NCBI GenBank assembly: GCA_040772485.1
Contig: JAXGYC010000010.1
Span: forward strand, 256,001 to 320,000
Direction: 5' to 3'
Source: Sedimentisphaerales bacterium
GTDB taxonomy: Bacteria > Planctomycetota > Phycisphaerae > Sedimentisphaerales > Anaerobacaceae
DNA: 64,000 nucleotides
Part shown: piece after piece, positions 19,684-27,679 of the stretch
Numbering within the stretch: position 1 is the stretch's first letter
How the letters are laid out: every line of letters starts with the position of its first letter
The notes under the pieces: generated by a model
What the model was told of the DNA's origin: nothing
What the model saw: the letters and a program-made list of their open reading frames with translations, nothing else
Database searches by the model: none
Translations under genes and position numbers: made by a program

Positions 19684-19855
19684 AACGGCTCCAACATATA
19701 CCAACTCGCCCGACCCCGAGCAAGACTCGGGCAGGATTCGGAGCAAGTTGGGCTTGATTTGCCCCGGTCGATACGATAAGATACCGGTTCGTCGGATGGT
19801 ATGCAGGAGAGGAGGATCCTGATTCGCGAATGAGCTTCGAGTACAAAGTCTGACT

Positions 19856-20962
19856 ATGCACGAACTGGAAATCAAGGTCCCGGCCCCCCGACCGGGGAGC
19901 TACAAAGTCGTTGTCGGCAGCGGGTTTCTGGCAAACCTGTGGCCACAGATCAAGAGCGCGTTCGGCCACCGCCGGCCTTTCGTGGTCACCGACGCCAACG
20001 TGGTCGCCGCCGGCCACCTCGACACGCTGCTGGGCGGCCGGCCGGTACCCCACTTCGTCATCGACCCGCCCGGCGAGGCTTCCAAGAACATCACCACCGC
20101 CGTGGCCATCGTCGAGGCGATGGAGAAGGCCTACCTTGGACGCGATACGCTCGTGGTCGCGCTGGGCGGAGGGACGGTCGGCGACGTCGCCGGCTTTGCG
20201 GCGGCGATCTTCAAACGCGGCGTGCCCGTCGTCCAGATCCCCACGACGACGCTGGCCCAGGCCGATTCCGCCATCGGGGGCAAGACCGGCGTCGACTCCA
20301 GCGTCAGCAAGAACGCCTTCGGGGCCTTCTGGCACCCGGCGGCGGTGTACGTGGACGTCGCGACCGTGCGGACGCTCGATGAGCGACAATACCGCAGTGG
20401 CCTGACCGAGTCGGTCAAACACGCGCTGATCGCCGACGCGGAGGACTTTGAATTCCTCGAACAGAAGATGGACGTCATTCTCGACCGTCAAGGCGAGGTC
20501 CTTGAGACGCTCGCGCAGCACAACGGTGCGATCAAGGGCCGCGTCGTCGAGGCCGACCCTGACGAGCGAAACCAGCGGCGGATGCTCAACTATGGCCACA
20601 CGGTCGGACACGCCGTCGAATCCGCGAGCAACTATCGGTTGCTGCACGGCGAGGCCATTGCGATCGGGATCGTCGCCGCGGGCCGCATCGAAATCGAGAT
20701 GGGCCTTTCCGAGCCCGGCCGGCTCGAACGCGTCACCGCGCTGCTCTCAAGACTCGGCGTCCCGGTGACACTGCCCTCGGACCTCGATAAAGAGAGACTG
20801 ATCGACCTGATCAGGCACGACAAGAAGGCGGTCGACCGATGGCCCAGGTTTGTCCTGCTCGACCAACTCGGGCGGGTCCACTGCCCCGGCGGCCAGTATG
20901 CGGTGGACGTTGACCGCCGCATCGTTGAAAAAGTGATAAAGTCGATGGTGGATGACCGGTGA
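19856..20962 (+). CDS. aroB: 3-dehydroquinate synthase (canonical)
   Basis: GGGTVGDVAGF, PTTTLAQADSAIGGKTG, KNAFGAF, LNYGHTVGHAVE, LLHGEA, DKK. Confidence 0.95.
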   Translation: MHELEIKVPAPRPGSYKVVVGSGFLANLWPQIKSAFGHRRPFVVTDANVVAAGHLDTLLGGRPVPHFVIDPPGEASKNITTAVAIVEAMEKAYLGRDTLVVALGGGTVGDVAGFAAAIFKRGVPVVQIPTTTLAQADSAIGGKTGVDSSVSKNAFGAFWHPAAVYVDVATVRTLDERQYRSGLTESVKHALIADAEDFEFLEQKMDVILDRQGEVLETLAQHNGAIKGRVVEADPDERNQRRMLNYGHTVGHAVESASNYRLLHGEAIAIGIVAAGRIEIEMGLSEPGRLERVTALLSRLGVPVTLPSDLDKERLIDLIRHDKKAVDRWPRFVLLDQLGRVHCPGGQYAVDVDRRIVEKVIKSMVDDR

Positions 20963-21112
20963 CCCGCCCCGGGCGAGGCGCTTTTTTCTTGCCTTGGACA
21001 CAAGGGCAAGTACAGTAGGGCGCAAGTCTGGTGCGGATGAGCGTGTGCGGCCCAGCCGCAGGTTCCATCCGCCATCGGAAGTCCGAAATCCGGAATGTCA
21101 GGAGATTCAGCC

Positions 21113-21907
21113 ATGATCGGCAAAGCCATACGAATGGAACGCATCATCGACCGCAACTCGCAGAAAACGGTCATCGTCCCGATGGATCACGGCGTCACGG
21201 TCGGCCCGATCGAGGGCTTGGCGGACATGCGGACGACCATCAGCAAGGTCGTCTCCGGCGGCGCCAACGCGATCCTCATGCACAAAGGCATGGTCCGCGC
21301 GGGCCATCGCGGGACCGGCCAGGACGTCGGCCTGATCATCCATCTGTCGGCGGGCACGTCGCTGAGCCCGGACCCCAACGCCAAGGAACTGGTCTGCACC
21401 GTCGAGGAGGCGATCAAGCTCGGGGCCGACGCGGTCTCGATCCACGTCAACGTGGGCGCTGAAACCGACCGTGAGATGCTCCGCCAGTTCGGCCTGGTCA
21501 GCGAACGCTGTGCATTCTGGCAGATGCCCCTGGTGGCGATGGTCTACACGCGCGGCCCGAAGGTCCGCGACGAGTACGACGTCGAGCACGCCAAGCTGGC
21601 CGCCCGCATCGGGGCCGAACTCGGAGCCGACATCGTCAAGGTCGTCTACACCGGCAGCGCGCAGTCATTCCGCGAGGTGGTCAGAGGCTGCCCCGTACCG
21701 GTGGTGATCGCCGGCGGGCCCAAGATGGGCAGCGACGAAGAAATCTTCCGCATGGTCGAAGGCGCGCTGGAGGCGGGTGCAACGGGACTGTCCATCGGAC
21801 GCAATGCCTTTCAGCATGAGCACCCTGACAGGATGATCCGGGCGCTGAGCCAGATGGTTCACCACGGCGCCGGTGTCAGCGAGGCCCTCAACGTCCTCAG
21901 GAGCTGA
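21113..21907 (+). CDS. Class I DhnA-family aldolase resembling 2-amino-3,7-dideoxy-D-threo-hept-6-ulosonate synthase (AroA')
   Basis: [81 protein letters not shown]; these match my recollection of the MJ0400-type sequence. Confidence 0.85.
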   Translation: MIGKAIRMERIIDRNSQKTVIVPMDHGVTVGPIEGLADMRTTISKVVSGGANAILMHKGMVRAGHRGTGQDVGLIIHLSAGTSLSPDPNAKELVCTVEEAIKLGADAVSIHVNVGAETDREMLRQFGLVSERCAFWQMPLVAMVYTRGPKVRDEYDVEHAKLAARIGAELGADIVKVVYTGSAQSFREVVRGCPVPVVIAGGPKMGSDEEIFRMVEGALEAGATGLSIGRNAFQHEHPDRMIRALSQMVHHGAGVSEALNVLRS

Positions 21908-21952
21908 GTCGCGCGGCGACGAAGGCACACACACTTCTTCGGGAGCTATCGC

Positions 21953-23056
21953 ATGGCCATGCCTGTCACATCAGAGCACGTTTCTGCGCGGCAACGGTTG
22001 ATGGTCTTGACCGCATTCACCGCGATCGTTCTCTTCTGCGTCGCCAACACCTGCGCGTGCACCGCGTTCCTTCAGGACGACCTGGTGGCCGGCAAGAACT
22101 ACGACTGGCATCTCGACCAGGGCCTGCTGATCGTCAACAAGAGCAGCATCGCCAAGCAAGCGCTGGTGCTCGACCCGGCGGAGAACGCCGCCGAGTGGGT
22201 CTCCCAATACGGCAGTGTCACGTTCAATCAGTATGGACGGGAAATGCCCAACGGGGGGATGAATGAGGTCGGCCTGGTCGTCGAGACCCTCATGTTGGCG
22301 GCGGCCCGCAATCCGGCGCCCGACGGGCGGCCCGCCGTAACCGCCTGGGTGCAATACCAGCTCGACAACAGCCGAACTGTGGACGAGGTCATCGCCACGG
22401 ACAAGGCCGTCCGCATCTCGCCTTCCATGCCCATGCCTCTGCACTTCTTCGTCAGCGATGCACAGGGCAGTGCGGCGGTCGTCGAGTTCATTGACGGCAG
22501 ACTCATCTGCCACGCAGGCGACGAGCTGCCCCACAAGCTGATCACGAACAATACGTGCGCCGAATCACTCGGCTTCCTCGGCCAGCATGAAGGATTCGGC
22601 GGGACGCGGCCGATGCGAAGAGGTTCGCACGATTCTCTCGACCGGTTTGTCGTCGCGGCGGACCGGCTCAAAGACTATCGGCCGGACGACTCACGCCCAA
22701 AGGCGATCCAGTATGCCTTTGAAACGCTGGCCGCCGTTCGTCAGGGTGATGCGACGAAATGGAGCATCGTCTACGATCTCAAGAACCTTGAAATCCACTA
22801 TAGGACCCAGCGATGCGCCGAGGTCCGGACCGTCCGCTTCAAGGACCTCGACTTCACGCCGAAGACCCCGGTCCGCACCATCGGCATCAACACTACGCAC
22901 GTGGGTCTGCTGAATCCGCATCTTGCCGACTACGATGGGGACGTGAACCGATGGCTCGTTTTCTACACCGTCCGGCAGACACCCATGATCGCCCAGTTGC
23001 CCGACGCACTCATCGGGATGCTGGCCGCCTACCCGGAAACGACATCGCCTCGCTGA
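21953..23056 (+). CDS. Secreted linear amide C-N hydrolase (choloylglycine hydrolase/penicillin V acylase family)
   Basis: Signal peptide followed by the Ntn nucleophile Cys in ACTAF...GKNYDW; GGMNEVGL; ITNN. Confidence 0.85.
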   Translation: MAMPVTSEHVSARQRLMVLTAFTAIVLFCVANTCACTAFLQDDLVAGKNYDWHLDQGLLIVNKSSIAKQALVLDPAENAAEWVSQYGSVTFNQYGREMPNGGMNEVGLVVETLMLAAARNPAPDGRPAVTAWVQYQLDNSRTVDEVIATDKAVRISPSMPMPLHFFVSDAQGSAAVVEFIDGRLICHAGDELPHKLITNNTCAESLGFLGQHEGFGGTRPMRRGSHDSLDRFVVAADRLKDYRPDDSRPKAIQYAFETLAAVRQGDATKWSIVYDLKNLEIHYRTQRCAEVRTVRFKDLDFTPKTPVRTIGINTTHVGLLNPHLADYDGDVNRWLVFYTVRQTPMIAQLPDALIGMLAAYPETTSPR

Positions 23057-23150
23057 CCGCCCGGCTGAACCACTTCGGTCAAGCGGCGTATACGAAGTCA
23101 CAGAAGGTCTGCAAAAAGCTCATGTGACAGTGGATTAAGGGGAGTCCTGG

Positions 23151-23690
23151 ATGGCTGAGAAACCAGAATCGGCGACGAAGACAAAATACGATATCTCCGT
23201 TATCCGCCCGCAGTTGCGCGATGCGGATTTCAAGATGCGTGGAGAAGGATTCCCGCCCGAACGGCTGGCCGCCATCCGCAAGGGCCTCCGCACTCTCCAT
23301 ACCCTGGAATTGATGGCCCAGACGATCTATAAATTCCAGCTCACCCGGGAGCGCAACGAGGTCAACCGCCAGCTCGTCGCCGCGATGTGCAACGAAATGG
23401 GGCACTATCAGGACTTCCAGATCAAGCTGTACGAGTTCGGCTTCCGTCCGAGCATCTTGCGGGCCGCGTATTGGATGGTCGGGTTCGCGTTCGGCTTCGG
23501 CTCGCGAATGCTCGGCAGGAAGGCCATGTTCAAAACCGGGATCTGGGTGGAATCCAAGGCGGTCCACCACTACGCTGAACTGCTGGAGACCATCGACTGG
23601 GACGATGAGACCCGCAGGGTCGTCGAGAAAGACCAGGCCGACGAGGACGGCCACATCAACCGCTGGAGGGCCATGCTGGCGAAGGCCTGA
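23151..23690 (+). CDS. Ferritin-like di-iron protein (demethoxyubiquinone hydroxylase/COQ7-like family)
   Basis: LELMAQTIYKFQ, NEMGH, VESKAVHHY, DEDGH ligand pattern. Confidence 0.75.
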   Translation: MAEKPESATKTKYDISVIRPQLRDADFKMRGEGFPPERLAAIRKGLRTLHTLELMAQTIYKFQLTRERNEVNRQLVAAMCNEMGHYQDFQIKLYEFGFRPSILRAAYWMVGFAFGFGSRMLGRKAMFKTGIWVESKAVHHYAELLETIDWDDETRRVVEKDQADEDGHINRWRAMLAKA

Positions 23691-23767
23691 CACTCGCTGT
23701 GACGAACGGTGTACGTCCGGATTCCCCCAGTGCCCTGACGGCCACGCTGCAAACGCTACGTCGCGTG

Positions 23768-25855
23768 CTAATGAAGGTTTACGTCCACAGTCTGGCCGGC
23801 GAATCCTCCTTCCGGAAGGGGAACGACGATTTCGGCCTCGAAGTACCCGGAAAGCCGGACGTGGAGCACCTTTCGCTTCTGGGTCGGATCGCAAACGTAG
23901 AGATTGGGAAAGACCCAGGTCTCATCCAGCATGACAAGGGCCGGCTCGTCGACCGCCAGGGTCCGACCGTCGCCCCAGGTAACTTGCCCGGGCTGGAAGA
24001 AGGCGGCCTGTAACAGCTTTCCGTCATGGCTCACAATCGCCAGCAACTCGTTCGATTGGGCCACGATGCGCGCGGGAGGCGTCTCCGAGAGCCTCCTCAT
24101 TGCCTCGACGGAAACATCGGGACAGACCACGTAAGCATATTGTTCCGCATCGGGTCTGGCCCCATGGTCGATCCAGAGATTGAACACGTCCCGCTCGACG
24201 GGCTGCGTCGATTCCCGGCGGTGCACATCGTGCCACGTGCCAGTCTGTGTCAGCACACCGGCGGTGGTCTTGCCCGGCGTCAGGAAGACGTAGCCCATCC
24301 CGTCATGATGGACCCATTCGTGCGGACCGGTTGAACTCTGGCCTTTCGACAGGTGACCCAGTCGGCGGTCGACGGAAATCGTCACCGGACCGTTCGCAGC
24401 ACACTGATTCACCGACGTCAGCACCGTCTCGGGCGTATCGCACGCTATCCCAACCCCCAGGCAGACAACCGCGTCTTCGAGGAAAAACCACGCCTTGCGG
24501 GCGCTCAGACCGTCGCGGAGGTATTCCATGGCCGCGAGGCCGCATCGGCCGCCCGAAACGCCACCGACGAAATCGCTGCGACCCCGACACCGTGCCGAGC
24601 TTGGCACGAGCGTTCCCTGGTCCTGCACGCATGTCGTCCCGGGCAGCCGCCGCCAGTCCCAAACGGGAAACAGGTCCTCATATTCCTGCCCGGTCCGCTG
24701 GAAGTACGTGACCCCATCGCCCAAGTGCAGGCCGAGCATGTTCTCGTTGTTGCAGGTTTCGGCGCCGATCACGCGGGTGCTGCACATCTTCACCGACGCG
24801 TACCAATTCGGCCGGCGCTGAACGCTGGTGTCGGATCGCCAGTAGTGCTTGTACCCGACGAAGGTGTTGGCCTGGCCCGGCTGATTGCAGGCGATCGCGT
24901 CTCGATAGAGGCTGGCCCTGGCGGGGTCAATCTCCGCCATCAGATCGAGATGGCGAATGACGGAGCGTCCCTTGCTCGCCTGGCAATCGCGGAAGATCTG
25001 CCGGCCGCATCCGCTGATATCCATCCGGCCGTTCCAGACAATCCAGGCGGTTCCTTCGATGAGATAGCGTCCGAGCAGATCGATCTGTTCGGGCGTCAGA
25101 GCGTAGTCCGTGTCCCGGAAGATGCTGGCCCACTGGATCATGTCCGCGCTGAAGGCGGCGCCGTAGTTGCCCCACTGCAATTGCGGGCCGTGCTGGTGAA
25201 ACGAGTAGTCCGGCTGAATACCCTCCTGGGTCGTGACATGAAGCTCTTCGAAGATCTGATTTCGCGCTTCGCGCATCATTGCAGCATCGTCGCAGAGCAA
25301 ACCTCTCATGAACGCGATCCCGGCCAGCCAGACCTTGTTCTGGCCGGTCATGCCCATCTTGCTGCGGCCGAGAACCCGCTGAATCGCCCTGTCTCTCAGT
25401 TCGCTCGGCACCGCTTCGGCCATCAGCACCAGCATCGGCGCCAGCGCATCGGGCACGCCGATCTGCGGATACCACCAGTTCGAGTTGACGTAGTCTTTGT
25501 TCGTCCAATGCTCGATGGCCGCCACGACGGCCGCACGCAACGCGGGATTGCCCGCCATCGGATGACCCGCAGCCCGGTACGCCCTGGCCATCTCCAGGGT
25601 CCGTCCCAGGTGTTCGTAGGTCCGCCACCCGCCGGGGTCCGTGTTGGCGTAGTCAATGTCCGGCCAGGAACCGTCGGGTCCCTGTCCGTGGATGTATCTC
25701 TCGACGACCCCTGCCCGCGGGGCGCCACGCCCGTACCACTCAATCATCTGATCGCGGAGCAGCGAGACGTCTCCGCTGCCGCCAGCGACACACACGCCGG
25801 TCATCCAGAACGCGAGAATGGTTGCAGCAGCCGGCAGGAGACTCTGTCTTCGCAT
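23768..25855 (-). CDS. Secreted polysaccharide lyase family 8 (chondroitin AC/hyaluronate lyase-like)
   Basis: DGSWPDIDY, NWWYPQIG.P, MTGQNKVW, GIQPDYSFHQHG, WDWRRLPGTT, ARKAWFF. Confidence 0.92.
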   Translation of the reverse strand: MRRQSLLPAAATILAFWMTGVCVAGGSGDVSLLRDQMIEWYGRGAPRAGVVERYIHGQGPDGSWPDIDYANTDPGGWRTYEHLGRTLEMARAYRAAGHPMAGNPALRAAVVAAIEHWTNKDYVNSNWWYPQIGVPDALAPMLVLMAEAVPSELRDRAIQRVLGRSKMGMTGQNKVWLAGIAFMRGLLCDDAAMMREARNQIFEELHVTTQEGIQPDYSFHQHGPQLQWGNYGAAFSADMIQWASIFRDTDYALTPEQIDLLGRYLIEGTAWIVWNGRMDISGCGRQIFRDCQASKGRSVIRHLDLMAEIDPARASLYRDAIACNQPGQANTFVGYKHYWRSDTSVQRRPNWYASVKMCSTRVIGAETCNNENMLGLHLGDGVTYFQRTGQEYEDLFPVWDWRRLPGTTCVQDQGTLVPSSARCRGRSDFVGGVSGGRCGLAAMEYLRDGLSARKAWFFLEDAVVCLGVGIACDTPETVLTSVNQCAANGPVTISVDRRLGHLSKGQSSTGPHEWVHHDGMGYVFLTPGKTTAGVLTQTGTWHDVHRRESTQPVERDVFNLWIDHGARPDAEQYAYVVCPDVSVEAMRRLSETPPARIVAQSNELLAIVSHDGKLLQAAFFQPGQVTWGDGRTLAVDEPALVMLDETWVFPNLYVCDPTQKRKVLHVRLSGYFEAEIVVPLPEGGFAGQTVDVNLH

Positions 25856-26049
25856 GGAACAGTACCGTCCAATCCGAGATGACATATTGAGGTTCGTCCC
25901 CCACAGCATAGCAGATCGGTCTTCCCCGTCCAAGCCCATAAGGACGATGTTTGACAGCCCGCCGGTCTCGCGAGACAATCGCCAGGCAAATAGGGCAGGT
26001 TTTTGGCGCCGGTCGTGCGGGCAGCCGCATTGCTGTTGGAGAAATGGAC

Positions 26050-26262
26050 ATGTTGAGGTACTTTGTCGCCGGCAATCTGTGGGCCTTCGTTGCCATCGTG
26101 CTAACCCTGGGACGCCGACCCTGGCGCGCGTCGCCCGCGCGATACGAATTCCTTGGGTACGGCTCGCTCGACCCGATCAGCTACAATCTCATCATCGTGT
26201 TCTGTGTGACGGCCGCTGCGATCTTCTTCCTGTTAGCGTGGAAGACACAGCAGAAGCAATGA
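26050..26262 (+). CDS. Small two-TM membrane protein (70 aa)
   Basis: GGAGA RBS; MLRYFVAGNLWAFVAIVLTLG...YNLIIVFCVTAAAIFFLLAWK. Confidence 0.6.
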   Translation: MLRYFVAGNLWAFVAIVLTLGRRPWRASPARYEFLGYGSLDPISYNLIIVFCVTAAAIFFLLAWKTQQKQ

Positions 26263-26337
26263 CGAACACAGCGGACGCGATCAGGCAAGGCTGGTCCGCT
26301 CGCAGGTCTGTGCACAACAACGCTGGAAGCGGGTCTC

Positions 26338-27234
26338 TCAGGTGGACTCGATGATTCCCGGGCGGTAGGTGCGCGCGCCTTTGGGGATCCAGACGCCGTC
26401 AAAGAGGTTGACCAGATGCTTCTGGATGCCGCGACGGATGACCGAGCCGGCGCATTGCTCGTCCGGCGCGGCTTGGCCGTCGGTAATCTCGCGAGCCAGC
26501 GCCCGGTAGTCGGCCGCCGCCCGGCTTCGCGGAGCATACGTCAGAATGGACTCGCCCGCGCTGGGGGATTCCGGCAGGCGAACGTCGCGATGAACCACCG
26601 TATCGAACACCAGGTCTCCGAAGATCTCGCGCATCTGCTGCTGGATTTGCCGACTGAACGTTCGCCGCTCTTCGACAAACGTCAGAAGCAGACTGATGTT
26701 CTCCATCGAATAGGGATGAAAACGGTCGCGAATGACTCGTATCGTCTCAAGCAACCGCTTAAGCCCTTCCAGCGCGTAGTAGTGCACCTGCACCGGCACA
26801 ATGATATCCGTGCTGGCGACGAGCGCGTTCAGCGTCAGAATGCCCAGCGACGGCGGGCAATCGATGACACAGAAATCGTAGTCCTGGCGTGCGTCCGCCA
26901 AGCCGCGTCCGAGCAGCAGTTCCTTGCCGGGTACGGCCCCCAGCTCCAGCTCGGCGCTGGCCAGAAGCACGTTGCAGGGCAGCAGATCGAGCCCCTCCGT
27001 CTGCGTGTGCGTGACCACGGCGTGCAGGCTGTTCTCGGCGCCGCTGAGAAGATCGTAAACAGTGCGGTCGAAGGCGTCGGGGTCATAGCCCAGACCGATG
27101 GTAGCGTGGGCCTGCGGGTCCAGATCCACCAGCAGGACGCGCTGCCCCTGCGTGGCGAAGGCAGCGGCGGTGTTGATCGCCGTGGTGGTCTTGCCGCACC
27201 CACCCTTCTGATTGACCATCGCAATGGTCCGCAT
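26338..27234 (-). CDS. ParA/Soj family ATPase (no parB nearby)
   Basis: NQKGGCGKTTT, DLDPQAHAT, IDCPPSLG, RLPESPS. Confidence 0.93.
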   Translation of the reverse strand: MRTIAMVNQKGGCGKTTTAINTAAAFATQGQRVLLVDLDPQAHATIGLGYDPDAFDRTVYDLLSGAENSLHAVVTHTQTEGLDLLPCNVLLASAELELGAVPGKELLLGRGLADARQDYDFCVIDCPPSLGILTLNALVASTDIIVPVQVHYYALEGLKRLLETIRVIRDRFHPYSMENISLLLTFVEERRTFSRQIQQQMREIFGDLVFDTVVHRDVRLPESPSAGESILTYAPRSRAAADYRALAREITDGQAAPDEQCAGSVIRRGIQKHLVNLFDGVWIPKGARTYRPGIIEST

Positions 27235-27463
27235 GTATCACCCACCTCTCGGAACACGCCCCGGCCGGAATGTCGGACTGAGGCCGTGACAACTCTCGGC
27301 CCATACAGCGACAGCCTGTGCCCGGTCGTTGCAGGAACACCCTGGAGCCTCCGGCTGATGTACGCATCCACCCCCGTGTGGAATCCGGCAAAACGTGCAC
27401 ACGCCCATCCACGCGGCTGTCATGTGCGGACCGCATGTTTGAACGCCCTGTTTGCCAGAACAC

Positions 27464-27492
27464 AGTATATCCCCACGGCACGAGAAAGTCAA
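27464..27492 (-). promoter_or_regulatory. Putative sigma70 promoter for the ParA-family gene
   Basis: TTGACT-N17-TATACT, about 230 nt upstream of the ATG. Confidence 0.65.
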
Positions 27493-27612
27493 CCGGAAGA
27501 GGCTGTATTTGAAGCTCCCCGGCTAAATCGTGACCTCCTGGCAGGTTATGAGGGATCGCTCTTGCCCGATAACATGTCGATCCAGGACAAATGCGCGTCC
27601 TCTGGACATGTG

Positions 27613-27647
27613 AACCGGGCCTGTGCTGGGGTGGCACAGGCCCGGTT
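27613..27647 (-). terminator. Stem-loop downstream of the 27680-30631 gene
   Basis: AACCGGGCCTGTGC-N7-GCACAGGCCCGGTT, a perfect 14-bp stem. Confidence 0.65.
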
Positions 27648-27679
27648 GATTGTGTGAAGAGACTGTGGAGGACGCTCGG

